This document shows positions 16,058-25,863 of a stretch of 58,929 bases of DNA, in pieces. The stretch comes from an uncultured Bdellovibrionales bacterium (GTDB lineage: Bacteria; Patescibacteriota; Minisyncoccia; Moranbacterales; UBA1568): contig CAYNEL010000001.1 of assembly GCA_964396225.1 (NCBI GenBank), positions 1 to 58,929 of the forward strand, read 5' to 3'. The first letter of the stretch is position 1. Every line of letters starts with the position of its first letter. The notes beneath the pieces were generated by a model. The model had not been told where the DNA came from, did not search any database, and was given only the letters and a program-made list of their open reading frames with translations. Position numbers and translations under genes: made by a program.

Positions 16058-17947
16058 ATGTGCGGTATCACTGGTAAAATCTCATTCTCCCAGCCTGTCG
16101 AATCGGCCGCTCTCGAGCGGATGAACGAGGCCGTCCGCCACCGCGGGCCGGATGACGGCGGCGTCTATCTCTCCCCTGACCGGCGGGTGGGCCTCGGCCA
16201 TCGCCGACTCTCCATCATCGACCTCTCCCCTTTGGGCCACCAGCCCATGCGCTATCTCGACCGCTACGAGATCGTCTTCAACGGTGAAATCTACAACTTT
16301 CAAGAGAAGCGAAACGAGCTCGAGAAGGAGGGCTACATCTTCGCTTCTCACTCCGACACCGAGGTCATCCTGGCGCTTTACGACAAGTACCGAGAGCGCT
16401 GCCTCGACCATCTCTGCGGGATGTTTGCCTTCGCCCTCTATGACGAGCGGGAGCGGACGCTCTTCTGCGCCCGTGACCGGGCGGGCAAGAAACCTTTCAA
16501 GTATTTCTGGGACGGGACTACCTTCCTCTTCGCCTCGGAACTCAAGGCCATCCTCACTCAGCCGGAATACGTCCGCGAACCGGACTACGAGGCCATCCAC
16601 CACTACCTCACCCTCCAGTACGTGCCGGCGCCCCTGACGGGCTTCGTCGGCATCCAGAAGCTCGAACCGGCACACTCCCTGTTCCTTGATCTGAAAACCA
16701 AGGCACTCAAAAAAGAGCGCTATTGGAAGCTGGATTATTCGCACAAACTCGATCTCTCCGAAGACGAATGGAAAAAACGCATTTTGGAGACCCTGGACGA
16801 GTCCGTCAGGCTCCGGATGGTGGCTGACGTGCCGCTCGGCGCCTTCCTCTCGGGCGGTATCGACTCGAGCGCCGTGGTGGCCATGATGGCACGCCATTCG
16901 GACCGGCCCATCAAAACCTTCTCCATCGGTTTCAAGGAGGAGAAATACAACGAGCTCCCCTATGCCAAGCGGGTAGCCGAGCGTTTCGGTACCGATCACA
17001 CGGAATTCGTCGTCGAGTCGCATGCCATGGAAATCCTCCCGATGCTGGTGCGCCAGTACGAGGAGCCGTTCGCCGACTCGAGCGCCCTGCCCACCTATTA
17101 CGTCTCCAAGCTCACCCGCGAACATGTGACGGTGGCGCTGAACGGCGATGGCGGGGACGAAAACTTTGCCGGTTACGGCCGCTATAGCGTCCAGAAGTTC
17201 GCTCTTGCCTACGATCGGCTGATGCTCCTGCACCAAACCCTGGCGCTCCCGGCGGCCAGGCTGGCCAAGCGAACTCTCCGGAATACCTTCACTGACCGGG
17301 TCCATCGTTTTGCGGAGAGTCTCTCGCAACCATACGACTACCGATATGTCGAGTATCTCTGCTACTTCACCAACGCCATGAAGGACTCTCTGTACACGGA
17401 CGATTTCAAGGCCCGGCATGCCAGGCATGATTCCTATCGACTCGTCTCCGGACGTTTCCGGGAGTCGGGCGCGCGCGACCGGACCGAACAGGCTGTCTCT
17501 GCGGATTTCACGACGTATCTGCCGGGTGACCTGCTTCCCAAAGTCGATATCGCCACCATGGCGGTGGCCCTCGAAGGACGTTCCCCGTTTCTCGATCATC
17601 AGATGCTCGAGCTCACTGCCGAGATCCCCTTTCATCTCAAACTCAAAGGACGGAACGATAAGAAGTATATCCTCAAGCAGGCTTTGCGCGGTATTGTTCC
17701 CGATGAGGTGATGGACCGTCCCAAGATGGGTTTTGGCTTGCCCGTCCACGACTGGTTCCGGGGGGAGCTCAGGCGATATGCGTATGAAACCCTGCTTTCC
17801 GAGAAGGCTGTGGGCCGTGGTCTTTTCAAACGAGAATCGGTTAAGGAATTGCTCGATACGCACACGACGACGCGTATTGACCTCGGTTACCAGATCTGGG
17901 CGCTCTTGACCCTGGAACTCTGGTTTGAAGAATACTTCCCATCCTGA
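16058..17947 (+). CDS. asnB: Asparagine synthase (glutamine-hydrolysing) family amidotransferase, WbpS-like context
   Basis: The N-terminus is MCGITG (Cys2 nucleophile). The PP-loop FLSGGIDSSAVVA is present. 629 aa. Confidence 0.9.
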   Translation: MCGITGKISFSQPVESAALERMNEAVRHRGPDDGGVYLSPDRRVGLGHRRLSIIDLSPLGHQPMRYLDRYEIVFNGEIYNFQEKRNELEKEGYIFASHSDTEVILALYDKYRERCLDHLCGMFAFALYDERERTLFCARDRAGKKPFKYFWDGTTFLFASELKAILTQPEYVREPDYEAIHHYLTLQYVPAPLTGFVGIQKLEPAHSLFLDLKTKALKKERYWKLDYSHKLDLSEDEWKKRILETLDESVRLRMVADVPLGAFLSGGIDSSAVVAMMARHSDRPIKTFSIGFKEEKYNELPYAKRVAERFGTDHTEFVVESHAMEILPMLVRQYEEPFADSSALPTYYVSKLTREHVTVALNGDGGDENFAGYGRYSVQKFALAYDRLMLLHQTLALPAARLAKRTLRNTFTDRVHRFAESLSQPYDYRYVEYLCYFTNAMKDSLYTDDFKARHARHDSYRLVSGRFRESGARDRTEQAVSADFTTYLPGDLLPKVDIATMAVALEGRSPFLDHQMLELTAEIPFHLKLKGRNDKKYILKQALRGIVPDEVMDRPKMGFGLPVHDWFRGELRRYAYETLLSEKAVGRGLFKRESVKELLDTHTTTRIDLGYQIWALLTLELWFEEYFPS

Positions 17948-17972
17948 TAGAGTAAGAGAATGCGTGAAATCT

Positions 17973-19067
17973 ATGCGTAAAAACCACCTCCCCTACCTCT
18001 CTGACCCGCTCGGCCATACCTCCCTTTCCCTTTCCGTCTTTGAGGAGAATGGGCCGCACGTTATGTCCGGACTGCTCGAGGGAGGCGATGCCTGGTATCC
18101 GATCATCGGCGGCATCCCCCGTCTCCTGACGGGCGACCTCAAGACCAATCTCCTGCGGGTCCACGAGGAGTTCTTCAAACGCTGGAAGGAGCGTTTGCCG
18201 GCACAGGCCGTCCGCGAGTGGCAATCCGCTCTCGACAGCATTCCGGACCGGGGCGCTTTCTTCGCCCATCAGAAGAAAACCGCCGAGAGCTTCGCCTATG
18301 AATGGAAGTATATTTACCAGGAGAATGACTATGAGCGGGAGAATTTTTTTCATTTCGCCGGACCTTTTGTCACGGCGGAGAATATCCACGGCAAAGCCAC
18401 TCTCGATATCGGTTGCGGTTCCGGCCGCTTCACTAAATGGGCGGCGCTTTCCGGTACGTCTGTTTCCTTCGGGAGCGACCTCGGCGAGACGGTCGAGGTA
18501 GCCTATGGACTGACCAAGGACCTCGAGAACGCCTGTATCGTCCAGGCGGACATCTATCGGATGCCGTTTCGAGGGGTGTTCGACCTCGCCTATTCCATCG
18601 GCGTGCTCCATCACCTCCCCCGTCCCAAACAGGGATTTCTCGCCTTGCCTCCTGTGCTCAAGCCGGCCGGAGAATTCGTCATCTGGGTCTATAATCGGAG
18701 GAAGAACGCGCGGGCCCTCTATTTCTACGAGCCGTTGCGGAGTCTTCTCAAACACCTTCCTAAGCCGGTCCTCTTCAAGCTTTCCTATGTCCCGGGCCTG
18801 GCCGTCCATGCCTTGAACGGTCTGACCCATGCCTGCCGGAAACTCGGCTTGAAGAGGCTTGGCGACCGCATCCCCTTTGCCTACTATGCCAACTTCCCGT
18901 TCAATATGAAACTGAACGACGCTTTCGACGTCCTGGCGACGCCTAAGAGCAATTACTACTACGTCGAGGATATCCGGCACTGGTATGCGGAAGCTCATCT
19001 TGGGAATATCCGCACTTTCGAGCATCCAGAAGCCGGCATCACCGCCATCGGCACCTATGCACGCTAG
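17973..19067 (+). CDS. SAM-dependent methyltransferase with an N-terminal Trm112-like segment
   Basis: ATG 17973 (MRKNHLPYL...). The ORF-track start at 17925 is a TTG that overlaps asnB. Contains YPIIGGIPRLL (Trm112-like) and motif I LDIGCGSGRF. Confidence 0.8.
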   Translation: MRKNHLPYLSDPLGHTSLSLSVFEENGPHVMSGLLEGGDAWYPIIGGIPRLLTGDLKTNLLRVHEEFFKRWKERLPAQAVREWQSALDSIPDRGAFFAHQKKTAESFAYEWKYIYQENDYERENFFHFAGPFVTAENIHGKATLDIGCGSGRFTKWAALSGTSVSFGSDLGETVEVAYGLTKDLENACIVQADIYRMPFRGVFDLAYSIGVLHHLPRPKQGFLALPPVLKPAGEFVIWVYNRRKNARALYFYEPLRSLLKHLPKPVLFKLSYVPGLAVHALNGLTHACRKLGLKRLGDRIPFAYYANFPFNMKLNDAFDVLATPKSNYYYVEDIRHWYAEAHLGNIRTFEHPEAGITAIGTYAR

Positions 19068-20184
19068 AAGCGTCGTCCATCTCCTCCATACGCTCGATCC
19101 GGGGGGATGCGAACATATGTTGCTTTCACTGTTGCCGGAGCTCAAGCGCCGCGGATGGCAAACGGAAATCATCACCCTGCGGAACGGGGGTGCTCTGGCC
19201 CAGCGTTTCCAGGATGCTGGTATTACGGTTACGGAGAATATCTTTCATGGGCCGTTCGATCTTTCGGGGTTCAGACGACTGCGTCAGGTGCTCCAAACGA
19301 AGCGCCCAGGCTTGGTCGTCGCCCATCTCCTCTACGCCGATCTCCTCGCGCGGGCCTCTGGAGGGGTTATCGGGGGTGTGCCGGTGGTACCGATGATCCA
19401 CTCGACATATCGCAGTCCAGCCCTCTGGAAAGCCAGGCTCTTGGAACGTCTCTCCGGGTGGCGTTTGCCGCATTGTCTCGTGGTCAGTCCAGCGGTGGCT
19501 GAGGCGGCGGTCCGGAGAGGCTGGAAACGGGGCGCTCCCCTGGTGGTGATGAATCCGGTCGATGTCGACATCTTCCGTCCGGCCGACGATACCGCTCGTC
19601 TGAAAAAGCGGGAGAGCCTCGGCTTGGATAGGGATGCTTTTGTCATCGTAACGACAGCGCACCTCTACGGATACAAGCGGCACCGTGATCTCCTCTCAGC
19701 CTTTGCTCTCTTGACTCGGGATTTTCCGGAGACCCGCCTGCTTCTCGTCGGTACGGGCCCGCTTGAAAGGACTCTTCGGAGACAAGCCCGCACGCTTGGT
19801 ATCTCTGAAAAGGTTTCTTTCCTTGGGTGGCGGAAGGACGGGGCTGAGATCCTGGCCGCGAGTGATGTCTTCGTGCTCCCTTCCACATTCGAGGGTCTGA
19901 GCGTCGCCCTCCTCGAGGCTATGAGCACGGCCTTACCGTGTGTCGTTTCCGATATCCCTGAGAACCGTGCGCTTATCGAGGATAGACGCACGGGCAGACT
20001 GTTCCAGGTCGGTCATCCGAGCGCATTAGCGAAAGTGTTGGCCGGACTTATTCCGGACGCGGATGGGCGTTTGTCACTCGGTCAGGCTGCCCGTCGTCTC
20101 GTCACCGAGCGTCATTCCCTTGGAGCGGTAGCCGAACGCTGGGAAGAGGTGTATGATTTCCTGCTGTCTCCCAGAGTCCTATGA
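19057..20184 (+). CDS. GT4 glycosyltransferase
   Basis: ATG 19057 (MHARSVVHLLHTLDPGGCEHML...) overlaps the upstream stop by 11 nt. EGLSVALLEAMSTALPCVVSDIPENRALI matches the GT4 signature. Confidence 0.85.
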   Translation: MHARSVVHLLHTLDPGGCEHMLLSLLPELKRRGWQTEIITLRNGGALAQRFQDAGITVTENIFHGPFDLSGFRRLRQVLQTKRPGLVVAHLLYADLLARASGGVIGGVPVVPMIHSTYRSPALWKARLLERLSGWRLPHCLVVSPAVAEAAVRRGWKRGAPLVVMNPVDVDIFRPADDTARLKKRESLGLDRDAFVIVTTAHLYGYKRHRDLLSAFALLTRDFPETRLLLVGTGPLERTLRRQARTLGISEKVSFLGWRKDGAEILAASDVFVLPSTFEGLSVALLEAMSTALPCVVSDIPENRALIEDRRTGRLFQVGHPSALAKVLAGLIPDADGRLSLGQAARRLVTERHSLGAVAERWEEVYDFLLSPRVL

Positions 20185-20987
20185 CCGACTCTCCGCGAAC
20201 ACCACTAGTGACTGTTCTGTTGGCCATCCACAACGGTGTGGATACTTTGGATCAGTGTCTCGAGAGTATTGAACAGCAGACGCTCCAGGTATTCAGGATA
20301 CTGGCCATAGACGATTGCTCCGATGATGGGACGGCCGCCCTGCTCGAGCGGTGGCAAGACCGCCTGGGAGATGAGCGTCTGACGGTGGCGCGGAACGACC
20401 GGAATCTCGGCCTGACCCGTTCGTTGAACCGCGGACTGCGGATGATTGATACTCAGTACACGGCCCGTATCGATGCCGATGACTGGTGGCATCCTGAGAA
20501 GCTCCAAAAACAGCTGGCCTATCTCGAAGCCCATCCTGAGTGCGGCGTGCTTGGGACAGCCTATGTCAACGTGACGTATGGCAAGGAAGTGATCATGCGA
20601 CCGCCTCTGGAAGACGCTGCCATAAAAGCGACCATGTTCAGGCGTAACCCGTTTGCCCATAGTGCCGTCTGTTTCCGGACAGCGCTCATTAGGGAAGCCG
20701 GCGGTTACGACGATCAGGTCCGGTACGGCCAGGATTACGAGTTGTGGCTCCGGTTGGCTCCTCGGACCGGATTTGCCAATCTGAACGAAGTCCTCTGTCA
20801 GAGAAGGTCCGACTCAGGTATCTCCTACCGGAAGCAGTCGGCCCAAATGCGGCAGTGCGTCAGGACCCAGATTCGTTACCTGCGCCGCTACCGACGTCCT
20901 TTCTGGGAATACGTGTACATTCTCGACCCCCTCCTCATGGCGCTCACCCCGTCTTTCATCCGTGAGTGGAAACGCCGATGGTTATGA
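20181..20987 (+). CDS. GT2 glycosyltransferase
   Basis: Contains VTVLLAIHNGVDTLDQCLESI, ILAIDDCSDDGT and ARIDADDWW (DxD). There is an ATGA overlap with the upstream gene. Confidence 0.85.
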   Translation: MTDSPRTPLVTVLLAIHNGVDTLDQCLESIEQQTLQVFRILAIDDCSDDGTAALLERWQDRLGDERLTVARNDRNLGLTRSLNRGLRMIDTQYTARIDADDWWHPEKLQKQLAYLEAHPECGVLGTAYVNVTYGKEVIMRPPLEDAAIKATMFRRNPFAHSAVCFRTALIREAGGYDDQVRYGQDYELWLRLAPRTGFANLNEVLCQRRSDSGISYRKQSAQMRQCVRTQIRYLRRYRRPFWEYVYILDPLLMALTPSFIREWKRRWL

Positions 20988-21988
20988 AAATCTACATTCC
21001 ATTCAAAAACGGAGACATCGGTGGTACTGCGACCTTTGAGGAAAAATTTCGCGAGCGCGTCTCAACCGACAGACATGTGGTACTTGATCGCTTCCGACGC
21101 GAGTTCGACATCCTCTTCATCATCGCTGACTGCCCGCTTTGGATCCCGGTCTACGCCAAGCTCTCGGGAAAGAAGGTGGTCCAGCGCCTTGATGGCGTGT
21201 ACCATCCCGCTACTCCCGCTGGACGACTCTATCCGCTCTACAATCTGAAAATGTGGTTCATTCATCGATTCCTCGCCGACATAGTTGTCTACCAGAGCAA
21301 GTTCAGCCAGTATTCCTGTGAACGCTTCCTCGGCGAGACTGGAGCCAGACATACAACAATCATCTACAACGGCGTAGACACCGAGAAAATACCAGCGCGA
21401 AGCACAGCTAATACCGGTCGATCGACGAGACTCGTGACTTTCGCCAAATTCCGCCGCCGCGACCAGATTGAACCACTGATCGAAGCCGTGAAACTCCTTA
21501 ACCCACAGGGGTACTCCCTTGACATTTACGGGTCTTATACCGAGGCTCTGAAATCGATTTTTTCAGAATTTGAGAACGCCACACACATCCACTTCCGTGG
21601 GAAACTTCCCAATGACGAACTCCTCCAGAAAATCAGCGAATACGATATTTTTCTCTTTTCTGACCAGTCGGCCTGTCCCAACAGCGTTCTTGAGGCGTTG
21701 GCTGCGGGACTGCCCGTAGTCGGTTTCAATCGTGGTAGCATGAACGAAATCATACAAGATCGTTATAATGGGCTGCTCGTTCCCGTCCGCTCTGGGAGTG
21801 ACCCATTCATCTCTCCCTACCCTTTTGGCGAAGTTGAGTATCGGAACCTCGCCTTGTTGATAGAACAGGCGGCCCATTCACTAGATGCGTACTCCAGAAA
21901 CGCCAGACGTTCGGCCGTAGAAAAGTTCTCAGTCGATCGGATGGCTGAAGAGTATGGGAAAATTCTTGCTCGAGAGTATGAAAAATAA
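20984..21988 (+). CDS. GT4 glycosyltransferase
   Basis: ATG 20984 forms an ATGA overlap with the upstream stop; alternative starts are at 20978 and 20966. Contains ACPNSVLEALAAGLPVVGFNRGSMNEII. About 47% GC. Confidence 0.8.
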   Translation: MKIYIPFKNGDIGGTATFEEKFRERVSTDRHVVLDRFRREFDILFIIADCPLWIPVYAKLSGKKVVQRLDGVYHPATPAGRLYPLYNLKMWFIHRFLADIVVYQSKFSQYSCERFLGETGARHTTIIYNGVDTEKIPARSTANTGRSTRLVTFAKFRRRDQIEPLIEAVKLLNPQGYSLDIYGSYTEALKSIFSEFENATHIHFRGKLPNDELLQKISEYDIFLFSDQSACPNSVLEALAAGLPVVGFNRGSMNEIIQDRYNGLLVPVRSGSDPFISPYPFGEVEYRNLALLIEQAAHSLDAYSRNARRSAVEKFSVDRMAEEYGKILAREYEK

Positions 21989-23204
21989 GATAGTCCTTTT
22001 CCAGCCCCGTCTGAGGAAATTTGTTCTCGATGTTGGTAATGAGCTAGAGCACTTTGATCTTGTCGTGGAAACCAGTCGCGCGTTCTCAGACACAAAAACG
22101 TTCTATAAGACAGGCGCCTCTTCGTTTGAACAGGAGACTCGTCGCGTCAAAGTGACGCCGTTCCAAAGGTTGCGCCGGCTCCTTCCGCTTCCGAACTTCC
22201 GTTTCCGCCATGAGAAACAGGGCGATATCCTCTTCACCTATGGCTGTCTCCTGGTCACGAATAGACCGTACTGCACCTGGATCGAAAATGGCGCCGCTCT
22301 GCACGGATATGATCCGGTCATCCTGCGCAATCCCCTGGCCAAACTCTGCCTTATCCCCTTTATCCTGGATCCCCACCTGAAATACCTCGTCTTTATGAGC
22401 CAAGCGGCCTACCGGAGCTTCTTTGCCACTCTCGGGCTGAAAGAGGGATGGCTTCGGCGCAGAGTGGAGGCCAAAAGTATCCAGCTGTACCCGAAGTTCC
22501 CAGAGCCCCCAGAGAGACAAATCAAACAATTCGATGGCACACTCCGCTGTCTCTTTACCGGGGTGTATTATATGAAAGGCGGCCGGGAAACGCTCCAGGC
22601 TTTCCGCGAGGTCCGACAGTCCCACCCGAACGTCTTCCTGACTGTCCTGACTCCGCTCCATATGCTCCATGCCGACGATCGGGCGGCGCTTGAAGAGACG
22701 GAAGGTGTGACGCTGCTTGATGCCACGCTCCGGCGGGAGGAGATGGAAAAACTCTATCGCGAGCACCAGCTTTTTCATTTCCCGAGTTTCAAGGATACGT
22801 TCGGACTAGTGCTGATCGAGGCCCTCTCCTTCGGCCTGCCGATCGTCGCTACCGACCAGTACGCGGTCACGGAAATGGTCCGGGACGGCTACAATGGTTT
22901 CGTTTTAGGCGACCATCCGTTCACCGACTACGATCGGAAGACGTTCCGGATGTGGGGGAAGTATTACGACGCGAGGTTCTTTTACCGCTCGCTGTTCGAC
23001 GCCCAGGCCAAGGGGAAGACCCGTGTACTCACGGACTTCCTCGTTTCGACCCTTCTCCGCTATCTGGAACATCCGGAACTTATCGAAACGCATTCACGGA
23101 ATTCGTACGCATTGTATGACGAAAAGTTCCGTGAAACACTCGTTGCCCGAGCCTGGGACAACATGTTTCTCAAGATGCTGGAAAATACAAAAAAGAATAC
23201 GTGA
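21978..23204 (+). CDS. GT4 glycosyltransferase
   Basis: Starts MKNKIVLFQ at 21978, with an alternative ATG at 21954. Contains FPSFKDTFGLVLIEALSFGLPIVATDQYAVTEMV. Confidence 0.8.
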   Translation: MKNKIVLFQPRLRKFVLDVGNELEHFDLVVETSRAFSDTKTFYKTGASSFEQETRRVKVTPFQRLRRLLPLPNFRFRHEKQGDILFTYGCLLVTNRPYCTWIENGAALHGYDPVILRNPLAKLCLIPFILDPHLKYLVFMSQAAYRSFFATLGLKEGWLRRRVEAKSIQLYPKFPEPPERQIKQFDGTLRCLFTGVYYMKGGRETLQAFREVRQSHPNVFLTVLTPLHMLHADDRAALEETEGVTLLDATLRREEMEKLYREHQLFHFPSFKDTFGLVLIEALSFGLPIVATDQYAVTEMVRDGYNGFVLGDHPFTDYDRKTFRMWGKYYDARFFYRSLFDAQAKGKTRVLTDFLVSTLLRYLEHPELIETHSRNSYALYDEKFRETLVARAWDNMFLKMLENTKKNT

Positions 23205-23209
23205 AATGG

Positions 23210-24886
23210 CTAGCGCAGGCGGTAGAGACGGTATTCACCGTCCTCGGCGACCACTTGGAAAGGGTATTCCAAATCTCGGTATGTCAGAAAAAGATGAAAA
23301 TTATATTTTTCTGACAGTCTGATTATGTCTTCAGTCGACAGGTTTCTGTAGATGGTTATCCAGTCCGGAGCGAGGGTCTTGAACTTCCCTCTTGCCAGTT
23401 GTTGTTCGTAGCCGGTTTGCAGGATCCCTTTGCCGATATCGTCCAGCCTCTCGGACCACTCCTCAAGACCTGATTTTGTGAAACCAAAGCATTTGACTGT
23501 GACGACAAGGGGCAGATAGCGTGATCCTTGGGGCAAAGACCAACTTGCCACCGGGGAAAGGACCGGTTCGGGATGGGCATAGATATACTCGATGGTAGCT
23601 AGTTGCTCGGGCATCGTTTCGGCTTGTACGAACCGTACCCAGGAAGCCTGCAGGTTCCCGGGTATTTTTTTTATCAGTCCAACGCCGATCCAGAAAGAAT
23701 AGTATGAGAAAGCAACGAAACAACCGACAAGCAGGAGGGTCATCCCGGACTTTTTGATGCGCGTGCTCTGATCGAAGGTTTTCTTGAGTATCTCGATCGT
23801 TGGTTTATAGTATTCGGCTACAACAAGCGCGGAAAACAAATAGGCGACGAAATATGCAAAATAGATCACCCGTATCGAATAGAATTGAAAGCCGGGGAGC
23901 CATGGATAAATGATCGAGAAGAGGTAGAACACGAACAAGTATGCCACTGAACCAAACGCAATAAGTGTCAGCAGGCCGAGGTCTTTTTTGTTTTTTGCCC
24001 CGGCACTTTTCTTCAGAAGATACCACCCAACCAGTATCGCCGCCACATGAGCGGAGAATATCAACCAGAATTCCGTCGGGACTCTGCTCAGGGCCATGTA
24101 GGGGGCGCGGAAATAAATCCATGTCCAGATGAACTGTGTTTCGGAGAATTCACCCGACTCCCTGTTGAGGTAGGCGATATAGAGGGCGAACCATCCACCG
24201 GCAAGTATGTAAGCGATTGAGGCTGTCGATGCCCTTGAGAGCACTTCCCGCGATAACCTTTTCCAGGGTATCTCGCTATATCTCATGGCTACCTGATGAA
24301 GCACCCACGACCCTAGGAAAAGAGTGAAGACGATGAGCGAATTTGATACATGGATAAGCGTGGCGATGCCCAGGAGAACCCAGGGGGCCCAGCGTCTTCC
24401 CTGCAGGAGGAAATAAAGGGCCAGGAACGAGAGTGTTGAACCGATGATACGGGGCGCTACGCCGCCATCGACCTGTATGAATTTCCCATACATCCAGAAT
24501 GGCGGGGCAAGCATCATGACAGCGGCATGGAGGAAAGCTATAAGCGGGACGACCCATCGGTGCGCCGATATCCTTTCCGATATTTTCCATATCGAGTAAT
24601 ACGTGCCAAAGAGGCAGAGGAAGTAGAGAAGTTGCCTCCAGCGCTCCTCATCGATCTGTAGAATCTCACCGATCTGGATGATCTTGGCGTAAAAGACATA
24701 GACCCCGCTTGCCGCGGCCATTTCGGTGTACCAGTCACCGACGAGATAATGGGGGTCATTGATACGATATACACCTGGATCATGGATCCATCGGTCCGGA
24801 CCGAAAGTCAGGGGGTGCATCCCAAACTCTAAAAGGAACAGAAATGTGACGATGCCTATTATCCCCCAAGGAAGCTGACGTATCAT
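23210..24886 (-). CDS. Large polytopic membrane protein (GT-C/GtrC-like candidate, family unknown)
   Basis: 558 aa with more than 10 hydrophobic segments and a soluble C-terminal ~130 aa. About 42-45% GC. It converges on the + strand GT operon, 5 nt from that operon's stop. Confidence 0.65.
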   Translation of the reverse strand: MIRQLPWGIIGIVTFLFLLEFGMHPLTFGPDRWIHDPGVYRINDPHYLVGDWYTEMAAASGVYVFYAKIIQIGEILQIDEERWRQLLYFLCLFGTYYSIWKISERISAHRWVVPLIAFLHAAVMMLAPPFWMYGKFIQVDGGVAPRIIGSTLSFLALYFLLQGRRWAPWVLLGIATLIHVSNSLIVFTLFLGSWVLHQVAMRYSEIPWKRLSREVLSRASTASIAYILAGGWFALYIAYLNRESGEFSETQFIWTWIYFRAPYMALSRVPTEFWLIFSAHVAAILVGWYLLKKSAGAKNKKDLGLLTLIAFGSVAYLFVFYLFSIIYPWLPGFQFYSIRVIYFAYFVAYLFSALVVAEYYKPTIEILKKTFDQSTRIKKSGMTLLLVGCFVAFSYYSFWIGVGLIKKIPGNLQASWVRFVQAETMPEQLATIEYIYAHPEPVLSPVASWSLPQGSRYLPLVVTVKCFGFTKSGLEEWSERLDDIGKGILQTGYEQQLARGKFKTLAPDWITIYRNLSTEDIIRLSEKYNFHLFLTYRDLEYPFQVVAEDGEYRLYRLR

Positions 24887-24920
24887 ATTCTTTAATATCT
24901 TATGGTGACTACTGCATGTC

Positions 24921-24949
24921 TTGACAAGAGACTTGTTGTATGAAAGAAT
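24921..24949 (+). promoter_or_regulatory. Candidate promoter of the cupin-like gene, with an embedded inverted repeat
   Basis: TTGACA (24921-24926), a 17-nt spacer, then AAGAAT (24944-24949). The inverted repeat ACAAG-aga-CTTGT spans 24924-24936. Confidence 0.4.
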
Positions 24950-24994
24950 TTTCTCGCATAGTAATTTTCAGCTGTATGAATTCTGGAGGTCTCA

Positions 24995-25363
24995 ATGGTA
25001 TCAGCTCCTGGTCGTATCTGTAGTGGAAATGCCGCACTGGATATTCTGCACGCGCCGGAGTCTAGGCAATGGTTGGTTGGTGCGTTTCCTTCTGCTCCTA
25101 TTCATAGCACAACAGTAGAGTTTAAGTACGGACACTCCCTGAAGGGCGAGCACCGTTCGCAAGAGCAGGCCACTTGTGATCCGGTACGTACTAGCATAGG
25201 GATACTGATCCGAGGTCGGATCAGGTACGGTTTCCCTAACAATGAGGTCCTGCTGTTTCGGGAAGGTGATTACGTCGTTTGGGGACCCGGAATTCTTCAT
25301 TGGTGGAGCACTGAAATGGATTCACTCATCCTGACATTTCGTTGGAAAGAGCTTCTCGTTTGA
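24995..25363 (+). CDS. Small cupin-like protein
   Basis: 122 aa. GGAGG lies 5 nt before ATG 24995. ...VEFKYGHS...ILIRGRIRYGF..EVLLFREGDYVVWGPGILHWWSTEMDSLILTFRW resembles single-domain cupins found in polysaccharide loci. Assigned by recall only. Confidence 0.5.
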   Translation: MVSAPGRICSGNAALDILHAPESRQWLVGAFPSAPIHSTTVEFKYGHSLKGEHRSQEQATCDPVRTSIGILIRGRIRYGFPNNEVLLFREGDYVVWGPGILHWWSTEMDSLILTFRWKELLV

Positions 25364-25398
25364 CGTTAGAGGAGAATCGAGTTTGGACGTTATGGATT

Positions 25399-25848
25399 TC
25401 ATAGTGACGGTGGAACAAAATGATTATGTTCCGCCGTCTCTTTTTTTATGGCATAGCTCCAGAGGAAATGGGCTGAGAAGTTGATGAGCGCGATCAGGCC
25501 GGAGACGATAAGGATAACCAGCAAATCATTCAACTTGAAATATTCCACCCCGATCCGCATGAGGATGAGGTTGAGCATCGAGGTCAGGGTGATGACCGTG
25601 AGGAAACGTGGGAATTGACGGCTGATTTTTCCCGCTCCGGCTTCGAAAGTCCAGTGTCGGTTGATCGAATAGTTCCAGATGATGGCGACGGCTAACGAAA
25701 CGACCCTACTCAGGAGATAGTGGAAACCGAAGTATCTCGTGCAGATAAAGTAGATGCCCATGTCGACAAGCAAGGCGGTCCCGCCAGTGACCAGGAACTT
25801 CACCAGCTTGTGCCACGGAAAGATTTCGAACATCGTTTTTGAGAGCAT
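25399..25848 (-). CDS. GtrA-family membrane protein (polyprenyl-phosphate-sugar translocation family)
   Basis: 149 aa with 4 TM helices. FLVTGGTALLVDMGIYF...SRVVSLAVAIIWNYSINRHWTF is the GtrA signature. Confidence 0.8.
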   Translation of the reverse strand: MLSKTMFEIFPWHKLVKFLVTGGTALLVDMGIYFICTRYFGFHYLLSRVVSLAVAIIWNYSINRHWTFEAGAGKISRQFPRFLTVITLTSMLNLILMRIGVEYFKLNDLLVILIVSGLIALINFSAHFLWSYAIKKETAEHNHFVPPSL

Positions 25849-25863
25849 ATCCCAGTGAGAGTG

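Noticed and set aside
16082-17863. 593-aa ORF antisense to asnB
   Set aside because: This is a shadow ORF typical of high-GC DNA. The composition is low-complexity and rich in R/G/E/V/H/D, with no motifs. The opposite strand carries a complete, motif-rich AsnB.
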